From: an uncultured Planctomycetaceae bacterium
GTDB lineage: Bacteria; Planctomycetota; Phycisphaerae; SM23-33
Assembly (NCBI GenBank): GCA_964642165.1
Contig: CAZXOC010000005.1
Span: forward strand, 771-64,770
DNA length: 64,000 nucleotides
Direction: 5' to 3'
Below, in pieces: positions 54,808-64,000 of the stretch. The stretch's first letter is position 1; each line of letters opens with the position of its first letter. The notes under the pieces are model-generated. The model searched no databases, was not told the origin of the DNA, and saw nothing but the letters and a program-made list of their open reading frames with translations. Made by a program: the position numbers and the translations under genes.

Positions 54808-57081
54808 ATGACCAGGCGAGTCTCTGCATCGGGTTCGGCGCTTTGCTGGGCGATCGTCGCCGCGTGGCTGCTGCCCGTCCGGCCGGCGCGACTGCCGGCA
54901 CAGCCGGTCGGCAGCGACGTCAGGAAGACCACCTTCGACGGCAAGGACGCACTGGCCGGCTGGACGATCACGGGCGACGTGACCATCGACACGACGAGGG
55001 GCCGCGAGGGCAAGGGGGGCACGCTCAAGGTCGGCCCCGGGGGCAAGGCCGTGCTGAAGCTCCGCGACCGGGACGAGTCGGGCAAGATCGACGTGTGGGT
55101 CTACGACGACGGCACGGCGCCGGAGGACGTCAAGGCCCATCGAGTGGGCCCGCGGTGGGGCCTGGTGCAGCGCGACGGCAAGGTGCTGGCCGCCGGCATC
55201 CTCTACGCCAACTACCTCGGCGGCGGCGAGGGCTACACGGCCAGCGCTTGCGACGGCAAGAACTGGTTCAACCGGCTGTTCTGGCTGGGCATCCGCCGCG
55301 CGCCGGCCGGCTGGCGCAGGTGGACCTTCGACTTCGATCCGGACGTGGGCCTCCAGGTCTTCCACAACGGCAAGGAGGTCACCGCCGTCGATTCCCGCAA
55401 GGTGGGCCTGAAGGGCTTCAGCGCGTTCGCCGTCTGGGGCGACGCCGGCAAGGGCAAGGGGCAGACGGTCTGGCTGGACGACGTGTCCATCGCCCTGGGC
55501 GGCCCGGTGAACGTCCCGCCGACGATTGAGGCCGACCCGTACGATGAGAAGGCCGTGGCCGCCGACAAGGCCACCAACCGCCCGGTCCCGGTCTACACCA
55601 AGGACAACGCGCCCGCGACACCCCGGCTCGAGGACCTGCCGCTGAAGGATAGCGTCTCGCAGTACGGCATCACCTGGACCTTCCAGAAGCCGGCCCGCGT
55701 GGGGCGGTTCGTCAACGGCGATTGGTACGTCGTCGGCCCCGCAGCCGTCAAGGCGATCGACCCGAAGCCCCTCTACGGCAAGGAGGTCCCCAGGCGCGAG
55801 CTGGACCGCATGGACAAGGAGCGCAAGGTCGACCAGCGCGTTCGCAACGGCTTCATGCTCAACCCGCCGGCCCGGATGAAGGTCGCCTACGACAGCGGCG
55901 TGCGGAACTGGTTCGACCCGTCACTGATCCAGAAGCCGCCCGTGGCGATGAAGCCCGGCGATTCGCTCGTCTCCACGATCAGCATGCCGAAGAACCTGGT
56001 GCTCCACGCCCAGTTGCGGAACAAGATCGAGCGCGGCGTGGACGACAGCAGCCCGATCCGCACGGCCGCGGTCCTGACCTGCGTGGGCGCGCCGCAGCCG
56101 GCGGATGCCTTCCGGCCGGCCTTCTGCGACCGCAAGGCGAGGATCTACCTGGCCCGCAACCTCAAACGCGAACTCCTGCCCAACGCCGCGGCGAGCCGGA
56201 GCGTGCCGAAGAAGCTCGACCTGTTCATCCGCTTCACGCAGCGGCCCTGGGTGGGCACGTGCTTCTTCGGCTTCGAGGAGCCTGTGGAGAACATGCCGCA
56301 ATACGGGATGGAGTACGGCCGCGTCTCCGGCGTCTGCGCGCTGCTGCTCTGCACCGATTTCAAGCCCGAGCAGAAGGAGCCGCTCCTCGCCAACTACGTC
56401 CAGATCGGCATCGACCTCGGCGGCATGGTCCGCGCAAGCCATCCCGGCTGGACGGGCTGGGGCGGGCACGGCAGTGGGCGCAAGCTGCCCATCGTCTTCG
56501 CCGGACTGCTTCTGGGCGACGAGCAACTGGCCCACGTGGGGGAATCCTCCCCCAAGGTGAGCTACGGCGAAGATGAGCAGACCGCCTACGGTGATTGCTG
56601 GACGGGCGCGAAGGTCGTCTTCGCGGGCCACTCCGGGATCGACACGGCCGCCGGCGCCGGCCGGAGCCGCAACTCAGGCTGGGGGCCCTACGAGCACCTG
56701 CCCCCGTCACAGTGGAAGCGGGGCCACAACACCAGCGAGGCGTACCGCCGGACCTGCACGAGCGGCGGCTGGGTCGCCCAGGCCCTGGCCCTGAGGCTCC
56801 TGCACGCCGAGAAGGCATGGCACCACGACGCCTTCCTCGACTACGTGGATCGCTGGATGTACGAGGACGACACGGCATTCATCAGGACCATCAAGGAGGC
56901 GACCGGCAAGGACTACGACAAGGAGTGGTCGCGACACGGCTGGGCTTGGCAGGAGAAGGAGGCCTTCGTCAAGGAGATGTGGGCGAAGCACCGCGCCGGC
57001 GCGGGCATGGCGCCGACCGACGGCTGGAAGCGGAAGCACGACGACGGCTACTACCGCGCGGCCGTTGAGAAGATGAAGTGA
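54808..57081 (+). CDS. Secreted hypothetical protein with N-terminal LamG/concanavalin-like beta-sandwich; C-terminal ~500 aa unassigned
   Basis: ATG 54808 follows AAGGAGAGAG (M33 of track ORF 54712..57081). Signal 'MTRRVSASGSALCWAIVAAWLLPVRPARLPA'. 'FDGKDALAGWTITGDVTID...GTLKVGPGGKAVL...VWLDDVSI'. Confidence 0.7.
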   Translation: MTRRVSASGSALCWAIVAAWLLPVRPARLPAQPVGSDVRKTTFDGKDALAGWTITGDVTIDTTRGREGKGGTLKVGPGGKAVLKLRDRDESGKIDVWVYDDGTAPEDVKAHRVGPRWGLVQRDGKVLAAGILYANYLGGGEGYTASACDGKNWFNRLFWLGIRRAPAGWRRWTFDFDPDVGLQVFHNGKEVTAVDSRKVGLKGFSAFAVWGDAGKGKGQTVWLDDVSIALGGPVNVPPTIEADPYDEKAVAADKATNRPVPVYTKDNAPATPRLEDLPLKDSVSQYGITWTFQKPARVGRFVNGDWYVVGPAAVKAIDPKPLYGKEVPRRELDRMDKERKVDQRVRNGFMLNPPARMKVAYDSGVRNWFDPSLIQKPPVAMKPGDSLVSTISMPKNLVLHAQLRNKIERGVDDSSPIRTAAVLTCVGAPQPADAFRPAFCDRKARIYLARNLKRELLPNAAASRSVPKKLDLFIRFTQRPWVGTCFFGFEEPVENMPQYGMEYGRVSGVCALLLCTDFKPEQKEPLLANYVQIGIDLGGMVRASHPGWTGWGGHGSGRKLPIVFAGLLLGDEQLAHVGESSPKVSYGEDEQTAYGDCWTGAKVVFAGHSGIDTAAGAGRSRNSGWGPYEHLPPSQWKRGHNTSEAYRRTCTSGGWVAQALALRLLHAEKAWHHDAFLDYVDRWMYEDDTAFIRTIKEATGKDYDKEWSRHGWAWQEKEAFVKEMWAKHRAGAGMAPTDGWKRKHDDGYYRAAVEKMK

Positions 57082-57106
57082 AAGGCGGGCGCGGCGGCAA
57101 GGGCCC

Positions 57107-58153
57107 TTACGCCAGGAGTTCCTTCATCATGGCCAGGTAGCGGGCGCACGTGGCCTTCATGTCCTCGTCGGGATCGCCGTCCTGCTCGAGGCAGAGGAAG
57201 CCGTCGAACCGGACGGCCTTGAGGGCCTGGGCGATCGCGGCGAAGTCCATCACACCCCGGCCGACGTGGACGAACCGGCGCATGAGGCCGTCGATGTCCC
57301 GCATGTGGACGTTCATCAGGTGCTTGCCTGCCTTGTGGACGGCCACCGGCGGGTACTCGCGCTGCAGGGCGACCCACCCGACGTCGAGGTTCATGCCCAG
57401 GGCCGGGTCGCGGATTGCGTCCCATAGGCGGAGGAACGCGGTGGGATCGGGAGCCATGGTGTGCGTGTGGTTCTCGACGGTGAACTTCAGCCCGTGGGCC
57501 TTGGCGCGCTGGAGGCAGCCCTTGACCGACTCGACGAACGTCTCCCACACCTTGTCCCAGTCGAATCCGGGGGCGATGTCGATGTGGAATGTCTGCCCCG
57601 GCGCGGCGTCGTCGACCTCGAAGTAGCGGGGCAGGTAGCCGGTCGGGCCGCTCAGCTCGCGCGCCCAGGGGGCCACGATGTCGATGATCGGCGACCCCAG
57701 CTTGCGGGCGATGCGGCAGCCGGCCTCGAAGCGGTCGAGGGCCCGTTGGCGCTCGTCGGCGCGGGTGCTGGTCAGCTCCTCGACGACGGGCTGGAAGACG
57801 GCGAACTGCGGCACCGCCAGGCCGTGCTTGTCCAGTTGCCTGCGCGTCGCCCCGATCGTCTCGTCGGTCCAAAACTCCTCGGCGTCGCGGCGGCCCTGGA
57901 GGATCAGCTCGATGCCCTCGAAGCCCAACTGGCCGATGGTGTCGATGGCTTCCTTCGGGCTGGTGCCGCCCGCAAGGCTATGGAAGTTCCAACTGACGCA
58001 GCCGACGCGCGGCCGTGCCCCACCGGGCCGATCGCCGGGCGCCGGCTGCTCCGCCGCCTGCTCTCCGCCGATCGCCCCCGCCGCCGTGGCGAGGACCGTT
58101 CCGGCCGACAGCTTGACGGAATCCCGCCGCGTGCAATCATCGCTTTCGTGCAT
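57107..58153 (-). CDS. TAT-signal sugar phosphate isomerase/epimerase (xylose-isomerase-like TIM barrel)
   Basis: 'CTRRDSVKLSAGTVLATAAGA' is twin-arginine-like. 'LGFEGIELIL', 'KFTVENHTHTM', 'NVHMRD'. Confidence 0.85.
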   Translation of the reverse strand: MHESDDCTRRDSVKLSAGTVLATAAGAIGGEQAAEQPAPGDRPGGARPRVGCVSWNFHSLAGGTSPKEAIDTIGQLGFEGIELILQGRRDAEEFWTDETIGATRRQLDKHGLAVPQFAVFQPVVEELTSTRADERQRALDRFEAGCRIARKLGSPIIDIVAPWARELSGPTGYLPRYFEVDDAAPGQTFHIDIAPGFDWDKVWETFVESVKGCLQRAKAHGLKFTVENHTHTMAPDPTAFLRLWDAIRDPALGMNLDVGWVALQREYPPVAVHKAGKHLMNVHMRDIDGLMRRFVHVGRGVMDFAAIAQALKAVRFDGFLCLEQDGDPDEDMKATCARYLAMMKELLA

Positions 58154-58210
58154 CGAACCGTCTCCTCGTCCGGGTATCCTACGGACGTCCGGGCAGGTTG
58201 TCCTGGCTGT

Positions 58211-60004
58211 TCACTGCTTGGGCCCGACTCGCTTGACAGTGACCTTCCTCACCCAGATGTCGCCCGGGGAGCCCACCACGGCGATGCGGAAGTTCCAACC
58301 CCAGTTGTTGGCGAAGTTCGCGTCCTTGACTCGGAACGTGTGCTCGTGCCACCCGGGCCGGGCCGGCACGGTCCACCATTCGCCGGTCTGGCGATAGCCC
58401 TTGGCGGACTCGTAGGTCAGGTTGCAGCCGCCCGCCTTGGCCGGGTCCACGCGCCGCGCGACGACGGTGATCTCGACCTCGTTGTCGCCGACCGACACAT
58501 AGCTGTCGTCCACGTCAAAGTACACGTAGAGGGACTTCCCGGCCATGTCTGTTCGACGTACGTGGGCTCCGTCCACAAGCCCCACGACCGTCTTGCCGTC
58601 GGCCTTCTCGAGTTGGGTCAGGCCGCTCTCCACGTTGGCGGCGCCCATGCGGCAGGACACCGACCTGGCCGCGCTGTAATCCCTCAGCCAGGGCAGTGGC
58701 CGGTCATGATTGGCGCGCGCCTCGGCGACTTGCTTTTTCGTCAGATCGGTGATGAAGACGGGCGCCCTGGACAGCGCGATGCCCTGCTCCGCCTTCACCT
58801 CGACGGCCTTTGCCGCCAGGTCGGTCACCGTCACGGGCGCGGGGAATCGCAGCGTGTCGCCCTCGTCCCCGGCAGCCCAGGTCACCAGGACCGCCCCGGC
58901 GCCGCCTCGGAAGACGAAGCCGTAGCTCCTCCCCGTGGGGTTCAGCCAGCCCAGGTATCGCGGCCGCGGGCCGAGCAGGCCGGTCAGCGTCCGCAGCGCC
59001 CGGAACGATGGGCGCTTCGTCCAGTTGCTTCGGACGATGCCGAAATCGCCATCAGGCCCGTAGGCCGGCCCGCGGCCCTCGAACCAGAAGACGCGATCGA
59101 TGCCCTGCGCCAGGCACAGCGTGTAGGCCTTCGCGATCGCCTCCGCCTGCCTTCTCTCGGCTTCGGGCTTGGTCGTCGAGGCGACGCCGATCTCACTGAC
59201 CCACAGGTCGATGTCCTGGCCCTGGTTGGCCTTCGCCAGCATCTTGCGCAGGTTGGTGGCCATTCGCAGGAACACGGGCTCCCGCCCGTCCATCACCGCT
59301 CCCATCAGCGAGTAGGGGTGCACGTTCACGAAGTCGAAGTGGCCGCCGGCGCCCTGGGCGATCACCTGCTGGAGGAAGCTGATGTCCACGTCGGCACAGC
59401 CGATGCCGATCTTGCACTGCGGGTCCACCTCCTTGGCGACCTTGCGGGCGTGGCGGACCATCTGGACGTAGTCCTTGACCGTGGCGTTGCGGGCGAATGC
59501 CGAGGAGTTGAACTCGTTGTACACCTCCCAGTACTTCACGTCCTTGTGGTACCGCGTGACCACGCCCTTAACGTACTCTCGCCAGGTCCGCATGTCCTTG
59601 ATAGGGAACGTCCGCGTGCGCTTGCCGTGGTCCGTCTCCCCCGGCGCGGCGGAAGACGCCCACGGCGTCAGGTACATGAAGACACCGGCGATCTGGATCC
59701 GGTTCTTCCGGGCACTGTCGATGAGCCCGTCGGCAGCCGAGAAGTCCCACTTGCCCTGTTCCGGCTGGAAGCTGGCCCACTCGGGAAACGAGCGCACCAT
59801 GGTGACTCCCGCCTCACGGAGCAGGGGGAACAGCCGGGCGTGGTCGCCGAAGGACTCGCCGCTCGAGGCGATGCCGAACGAGCCGGGCCCGCTGACAGCG
59901 GGCTTCCCGCCCTCCTCGGCGCGCGATGATCGGCAGACGACAAGCCCCGCGGCGAGCACGATCGGAAGGAATGCGGCAAAGCAACGCATGGCTTTTGTCC
60001 TCAT
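58211..60004 (-). CDS. Secreted clan GH-A TIM-barrel glycoside hydrolase (GH39/GH5-like) with C-terminal beta-sandwich
   Basis: ATG 60004. Signal 'MRTKAMRCFAAFLPIVLAAGLVVCRSSRA'. 'GVTMVRSFPEWASFQPEQGKWDF', 'KYWEVYNEFN', 'DLWVSEIGV'. Confidence 0.8.
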   Translation of the reverse strand: MRTKAMRCFAAFLPIVLAAGLVVCRSSRAEEGGKPAVSGPGSFGIASSGESFGDHARLFPLLREAGVTMVRSFPEWASFQPEQGKWDFSAADGLIDSARKNRIQIAGVFMYLTPWASSAAPGETDHGKRTRTFPIKDMRTWREYVKGVVTRYHKDVKYWEVYNEFNSSAFARNATVKDYVQMVRHARKVAKEVDPQCKIGIGCADVDISFLQQVIAQGAGGHFDFVNVHPYSLMGAVMDGREPVFLRMATNLRKMLAKANQGQDIDLWVSEIGVASTTKPEAERRQAEAIAKAYTLCLAQGIDRVFWFEGRGPAYGPDGDFGIVRSNWTKRPSFRALRTLTGLLGPRPRYLGWLNPTGRSYGFVFRGGAGAVLVTWAAGDEGDTLRFPAPVTVTDLAAKAVEVKAEQGIALSRAPVFITDLTKKQVAEARANHDRPLPWLRDYSAARSVSCRMGAANVESGLTQLEKADGKTVVGLVDGAHVRRTDMAGKSLYVYFDVDDSYVSVGDNEVEITVVARRVDPAKAGGCNLTYESAKGYRQTGEWWTVPARPGWHEHTFRVKDANFANNWGWNFRIAVVGSPGDIWVRKVTVKRVGPKQ

Positions 60005-60193
60005 TGTGTCCTGTTCCCTGACGCCGAAGCAGGGACAATGCCATCTTGACGCGAGGGTCGGCCCTCCGCAATGGCCTGTCTGATGCCGGGCCGAAGGCCG
60101 TCGACACGCGGAATCATCACGGGACATGTTGCTGCCGGCAGGCGGGAGCGGTACAAGACCGGAGGTCCCTTCTCACCACCGCGGAGGCGCGCC

Positions 60194-62344
60194 ATGGGAG
60201 TCGCGAGAGTTGCGGTCATGGTAGCTGTGGGGCCGCTGTCTTTGCTTGCTTTGGCGGCGGAGGCGGCGGACCCGAACATGGCCCCGCCCATCGATCTTGC
60301 AGGCCACCCGCCCATGACGTGGATCAAGCGTACGCCGGGCGCGGGGGCTCCGCCCAACCCGCGGATGGGGTACGAGGCGTCCATGGGCTGGGACGCAGCC
60401 AACGGCATCGTCATCCGGTGGGGAGGGCACAACCAGGGCGGCGGGGGCGAACAGAACTTCGAGACCTGGCACTACGACCCGATCCGCAACACGTGGACGC
60501 TGTCCCAGACGAATACGGGCCCGCCGGGCAATTGCTGCTGCCGGGACAACGTCTTCGATCCCGTCCACGGGCGCTTCGTCCGCTTCCCGGCATTCTTCTA
60601 CAGCCACGGCTGGCAGTGGCGAAGGACGGGCTACACCCGCGACAGCTCCGTCTGGTCCTACGACGCGCCCTCCAGGACCTGGCGGAACCTGCGCCCGCTG
60701 CCGGAGCCCTGGCCGCGCCCGCTCCGCGGAGCCGTGTGGGACAGTAACGCCCAGGTGATCCTCGTCGCCGCGGGGGAGGGAGCCGGCCACGGCACGATCG
60801 TCTACGACCCCCACGTCAACCGGTGGACGCGGATGCGGCCGAAGGCCGAGCTGCCCGGCCGCAATACGTTCGGGCTGGCGTATGACGCGAAGCGGAACTG
60901 CTTCTATGCCTTTGGCGACCAGTACGGCCGCGACCAGCGAACGTGGCGATACGACCTGCGGGGCAACACCTGGACGGACCTGAAGCCGGCCCATCACCCT
61001 CCCAAGGCCGGCGACGGCACGGTCATGGCGTACGACCTGGCCAACGACGTCGCGATCGCCAACCTGCGCCAGGGGACCGACAAGGGCCAGACGCTGCAGC
61101 GAGAGACGTGGGCCTACCTCCCGGCGGAGAACGACTGGCGGAAGCTCGCCACGAAGGGGCAGCCGGACCCGTCCGGCAGCCGGAACACGATCATGCTCTA
61201 TCTGCCGGAGCACAACGTCTTCCTCCTGGAGAACCGGCCGAAGAACGAGCAGCAGATCTGGACGTTCCGGTACGGTGCTCGACGGGCCCGGCCGGGCCCC
61301 GAGGCGCCGACGGGCCTGTCCGTCGCGGCGGCGGAGGGCAGCGCCGCCCTCTCATGGCGGCCCGTGAAGGGCGCCGCCAGGTACCACGTGTATCGTGGGA
61401 CGGGCCCGAAGCCGTGGCTCGTGGAGTACGTCCGGGTCGGGTCGACCTCGAAGACCGGGCTGACGGACCGCAACCTGAAGCGAGGCGTAGTGCAGCACTA
61501 CTACGTCACCGCCATCGACGCCGAGGAGCGCGGGAGCAGGCCGTCGATGAAGGTCCGCACCCAGCCATGGATCGTGCAGGACGCGGTCGTCTCCGTGCTC
61601 GGGCCGAAAGGGATTGAGCTGACCTGGCAGGCCCCGCCGGGAGATGACATCGCCGGCTACCGGGTCGAGAGGGCGGACGTGCAGGTCTATGCCACCTCCG
61701 AGCTGACGACCTTGACGCAGCACGAGGGGAAGGCCGTCTACGTGCCCCGCCCGGAACCGGCCGTCGGGGCGATCCGGGCGATCGGAGCGTTCAGGCGGAT
61801 CTCCGGCGAACTGGTCAAGGAGCCTCGATTCACGGACAAGTCGGTGGATCTGGCGGGCGGCCAGGTTGCGGCGGCTGCCGATCCGCTGTACCGTCGCGAT
61901 CTGGAGAAGTACCGCGACCCAAAGGGCAAGCCGTACGCCTGGGCGACGTATGCCTACCGCGTTGGCGCGGTGAATCGCCTGGGCGTCGCCGGCGGCGACT
62001 CGCCGTCGTTCCTGAGCATTCCCGCGCCGGTGACCGGCGTCTACGCCCGGGAGCGCGGCGACCAGGTCGACCTGAAGTGGCGTGCCCACCCGGCGAGGAA
62101 CATCGTCGGCTACAACGTCTACCGCAAGCAACACCGCTGGAACAGCAGCGTGATCGAGCGCCTCAATGCCGAGCCGGTGAAGGCGACGGCCTTCACCGAC
62201 ACCCGGGCCGGGCGAGACACGCACCGGTACTTCGTGGCGGCCGTCGACGCGCTCGGCCAGGAAGGCCTGATCAGCTCGCCCGTCTGGAGCTATCGCGAGT
62301 GGCGGAAGTACTACGTGCCCTTCGTGGGCGAGTGGCACCAGTAG
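60194..62344 (+). CDS. Secreted Kelch/galactose-oxidase-like beta-propeller + three FN3-like domains
   Basis: ATG 60194 (M42 of track ORF 60071..62344). Signal 'MGVARVAVMVAVGPLSLLALAAEA'. Blades 'GIVIRWGGHNQGGGGEQ', 'NCFYAFGDQYGRDQRTWRYD'. FN3-like 'PTGLSVAAAEGSAALSWRPVKGAARYHVYRG', 'LTWQAPPGDDIAGYRVER', 'VDLKWRAHPARNIVGYNVYR'. Confidence 0.8.
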   Translation: MGVARVAVMVAVGPLSLLALAAEAADPNMAPPIDLAGHPPMTWIKRTPGAGAPPNPRMGYEASMGWDAANGIVIRWGGHNQGGGGEQNFETWHYDPIRNTWTLSQTNTGPPGNCCCRDNVFDPVHGRFVRFPAFFYSHGWQWRRTGYTRDSSVWSYDAPSRTWRNLRPLPEPWPRPLRGAVWDSNAQVILVAAGEGAGHGTIVYDPHVNRWTRMRPKAELPGRNTFGLAYDAKRNCFYAFGDQYGRDQRTWRYDLRGNTWTDLKPAHHPPKAGDGTVMAYDLANDVAIANLRQGTDKGQTLQRETWAYLPAENDWRKLATKGQPDPSGSRNTIMLYLPEHNVFLLENRPKNEQQIWTFRYGARRARPGPEAPTGLSVAAAEGSAALSWRPVKGAARYHVYRGTGPKPWLVEYVRVGSTSKTGLTDRNLKRGVVQHYYVTAIDAEERGSRPSMKVRTQPWIVQDAVVSVLGPKGIELTWQAPPGDDIAGYRVERADVQVYATSELTTLTQHEGKAVYVPRPEPAVGAIRAIGAFRRISGELVKEPRFTDKSVDLAGGQVAAAADPLYRRDLEKYRDPKGKPYAWATYAYRVGAVNRLGVAGGDSPSFLSIPAPVTGVYARERGDQVDLKWRAHPARNIVGYNVYRKQHRWNSSVIERLNAEPVKATAFTDTRAGRDTHRYFVAAVDALGQEGLISSPVWSYREWRKYYVPFVGEWHQ

Positions 62345-62370
62345 AGGTCTATTCGCCCGGAGACGAAGCA

Positions 62371-64000
62371 ATGGAAGCAGCAGGCCGCGGGAGCAACGTG
62401 ACAGCCTTGCTGGCGTGGGCGGCGCTTCTCTCCCAGGGCGCCGACGTCCGCGGCGCGCCGGGCATGAGCCGCGCGGCGGAGGTCGACGTCTACGGAGGCG
62501 ACCGCGCGATCCGGGGGGAGAAGACGGGACGCTTCCACCTGGAGCAGAAGCGCGGGCAGTGGCTTTTCATCACCCCGGAAGGCCACGGCCTGCTGCCGAG
62601 GAGTGTCGCCGCCATCTACTTCAGCCACCCGGGCCTCACCCCGCAGGGGAAGACATACCAGCAGATCGTCGAGGCGAAGTACCGCAAGAACGGTGACGGC
62701 AGCACAACGGCCGCGCACGAGCGGTGGGCGAACAATGTGAGGACGCGCCTGAGGCGGTGGGGCTTCAACAGCATCGGGCCGTACAGCTACCCGCCGGTCA
62801 CGGCCGACCGGGGGCAAGGCGGGCGCTATTACCGGACGACGAACGGCATGCCCCCCGATCCGATGCCGTCTGTGGCGACCCAGGCGAACATGGAACACGC
62901 GTTGCGGCAGGGGGGCGTCAAGAACCTGTGGGGCTCGCTCTGGGCGACCGGCGCGGGTGTGGGCCGGGCGTTCTTCGGCGATGTCTTCGACCCGAAGTTC
63001 GCGGCCTTCGTTGAGACCGAGGCGCAGGACGACGCGCGTCGCCTGAAGGACGAGCCCGAACGGCTCCGCTGGACGTTGTTCGCCTTTGTCGAGCAAACCG
63101 ACTGGATGCGCGGCGTGGAGAGCAGGCATCCCCATCTCGGATGGGCAGCCGCGGCTGCGAACTTCGCGATGACCGAGGGGATCGTGGACTTCGCGGGAAG
63201 GAAGGCGCGCTTTGCGGACACGAAGGTCTACACGAAGTACGCGATCCGCGATTACCTCAAGGGCCGGTACGGCGGAATCGAGAAGCTGAATCGCGCATGG
63301 GGGACAAGCTACACGGGCTGGGACTCCCACAGCGGCTGGGGCAAGGGCACGGGCTTCCTCGACGAGGACGGATCGGGTCTCGGCAAGCCCTTGGATCCGG
63401 GCAAGCCGGATCGGCCGGCCCTCAGACAGGATCTGGACGCCTTCGCCGAGAAGCTCATGCGGCGGTTCTATCGGACGGTCCACGCTGCCCGCAAGAAGGC
63501 CTGCCCCGCCGTTCTCCTTGCGACGAACAACATGGACACGCCACGGGAGTACGTCGTTCGCGGGCTCGTCAGCGAGGACGGGCGGCAGACTTACAGCGAC
63601 ATCATCTGCATCAGCGACCGGCAGCGCGCCGTGCGGTGGTACGGCGTGCTCAGGAGGCCCTTCTTCGTCATCAGCATTTTCGCCCAGGCCGTCAACGACA
63701 GCCCCCTGGGCTATCGCGGGACCGTTGCGAAGGTGGAGTACGACGAGGTCCTGAGCGACGGGCGAAAGGCCCTGACGTCGGACCCCAACCAGAACGGCTA
63801 CGATCGCAAGGTCGTCAACGACTGGAAGTCTCGGGTCATCGTGACGGCTTCGGGCGTCAACTTCTGGTGGGCCGGACACGCTCAACTGAAGATCCCATAT
63901 CGGACGTACACGCAGTTCGCACCGGCCGTCGAGTGCCGAACGTACGCCGGCAAGTACGAGAACGTCCGTTTCGCGTCGCGCCCGTGGAAGTCGCTGGACT
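62371..64000 (+). CDS. Putative secreted GH-A-type glycoside hydrolase (beta-galactosidase/agarase-like), 3'-partial at window edge
   Basis: Absent from the ORF track because it has no stop before base 64000. Hand translation of frame 1 from ATG 62371 gives 'MEAAGRGSNVTALLAWAALLSQGADV...', 'RLRRWGFNSIGPYSY', 'RYGGIEKLNRAWGTSYTGW'. The antisense track ORF 62311..63885 is an Arg/Pro-rich shadow. Confidence 0.7.
   Translation, partial: MEAAGRGSNVTALLAWAALLSQGADVRGAPGMSRAAEVDVYGGDRAIRGEKTGRFHLEQKRGQWLFITPEGHGLLPRSVAAIYFSHPGLTPQGKTYQQIVEAKYRKNGDGSTTAAHERWANNVRTRLRRWGFNSIGPYSYPPVTADRGQGGRYYRTTNGMPPDPMPSVATQANMEHALRQGGVKNLWGSLWATGAGVGRAFFGDVFDPKFAAFVETEAQDDARRLKDEPERLRWTLFAFVEQTDWMRGVESRHPHLGWAAAAANFAMTEGIVDFAGRKARFADTKVYTKYAIRDYLKGRYGGIEKLNRAWGTSYTGWDSHSGWGKGTGFLDEDGSGLGKPLDPGKPDRPALRQDLDAFAEKLMRRFYRTVHAARKKACPAVLLATNNMDTPREYVVRGLVSEDGRQTYSDIICISDRQRAVRWYGVLRRPFFVISIFAQAVNDSPLGYRGTVAKVEYDEVLSDGRKALTSDPNQNGYDRKVVNDWKSRVIVTASGVNFWWAGHAQLKIPYRTYTQFAPAVECRTYAGKYENVRFASRPWKSLD

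Noticed and set aside
57461-59929. Plus-strand ORF 57461..59929 (822 aa)
   Set aside because: It is antisense to the TIM-barrel isomerase and the GH-A hydrolase, both of which have clear motifs and signal peptides. The translation is Arg/Gly/Asp/Val-rich and featureless.

Overview
High-GC bacterial chromosomal window (about two-thirds G+C by eye). Gene content suggests a Planctomycetota/PVC-type polysaccharide degrader; that placement is inference from PEP-CTERM, FG-GAP/ASPIC, TAT-signal TIM-barrel enzymes, sigma-54 regulators and the integrase N-terminus style. I can support about 33 intact-looking CDSs. At the left edge are an S41 tail-specific peptidase (partial), a lipoprotein fusing a degenerate phosphoesterase domain to a tetrahaem cytochrome c, a Gfo/Idh/MocA oxidoreductase, a PAS histidine kinase with an NtrC-type sigma-54 activator, a GH2 beta-glucuronidase-like enzyme and a sulfatase-family enzyme. 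From about 13.8 to 64 kb there is a dense set of secreted carbohydrate-active and beta-propeller proteins. These include two divergent NPCBM+GH36-like paralogs, three FlgD-Ig/NHL-propeller giants, GH39/GH-A-like TIM barrels, a GH55-like double beta-helix, a PL1 pectate lyase, CBM9-like and BNR modules, FG-GAP/ASPIC proteins, a PEP-CTERM beta-helix giant and a Kelch/FN3 protein. A cytoplasmic radical-SAM enzyme sits inside one of these operons, and another operon pairs an MBL/FG-GAP protein with a TAT-exported nitroreductase. No rRNA, CRISPR or intact tRNA was seen. The most unusual signals are structural scars. One is a tRNA-Asp 3' half with integrase stubs and a zinc-ribbon ORF fused at zero spacer to a 5'-truncated esterase-PKD-PA14 gene (11.4-13.8 kb). 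A second recombinase graveyard at 49.8-50.6 kb contains an in-frame 96-bp inverted-repeat insertion. At 39.0-40.1 kb a G8 homopolymer frameshift lies next to a zero-spacer convergent truncation. At 53.7-54.8 kb there is a 1.07-kb non-coding gap with a 35% GC core full of palindromes. Many very long track ORFs are antisense or off-frame shadows typical of high-GC DNA and were rejected. All start sites were chosen by eye from in-frame ATG/GTG, RBS and signal peptides, and no database search was run.
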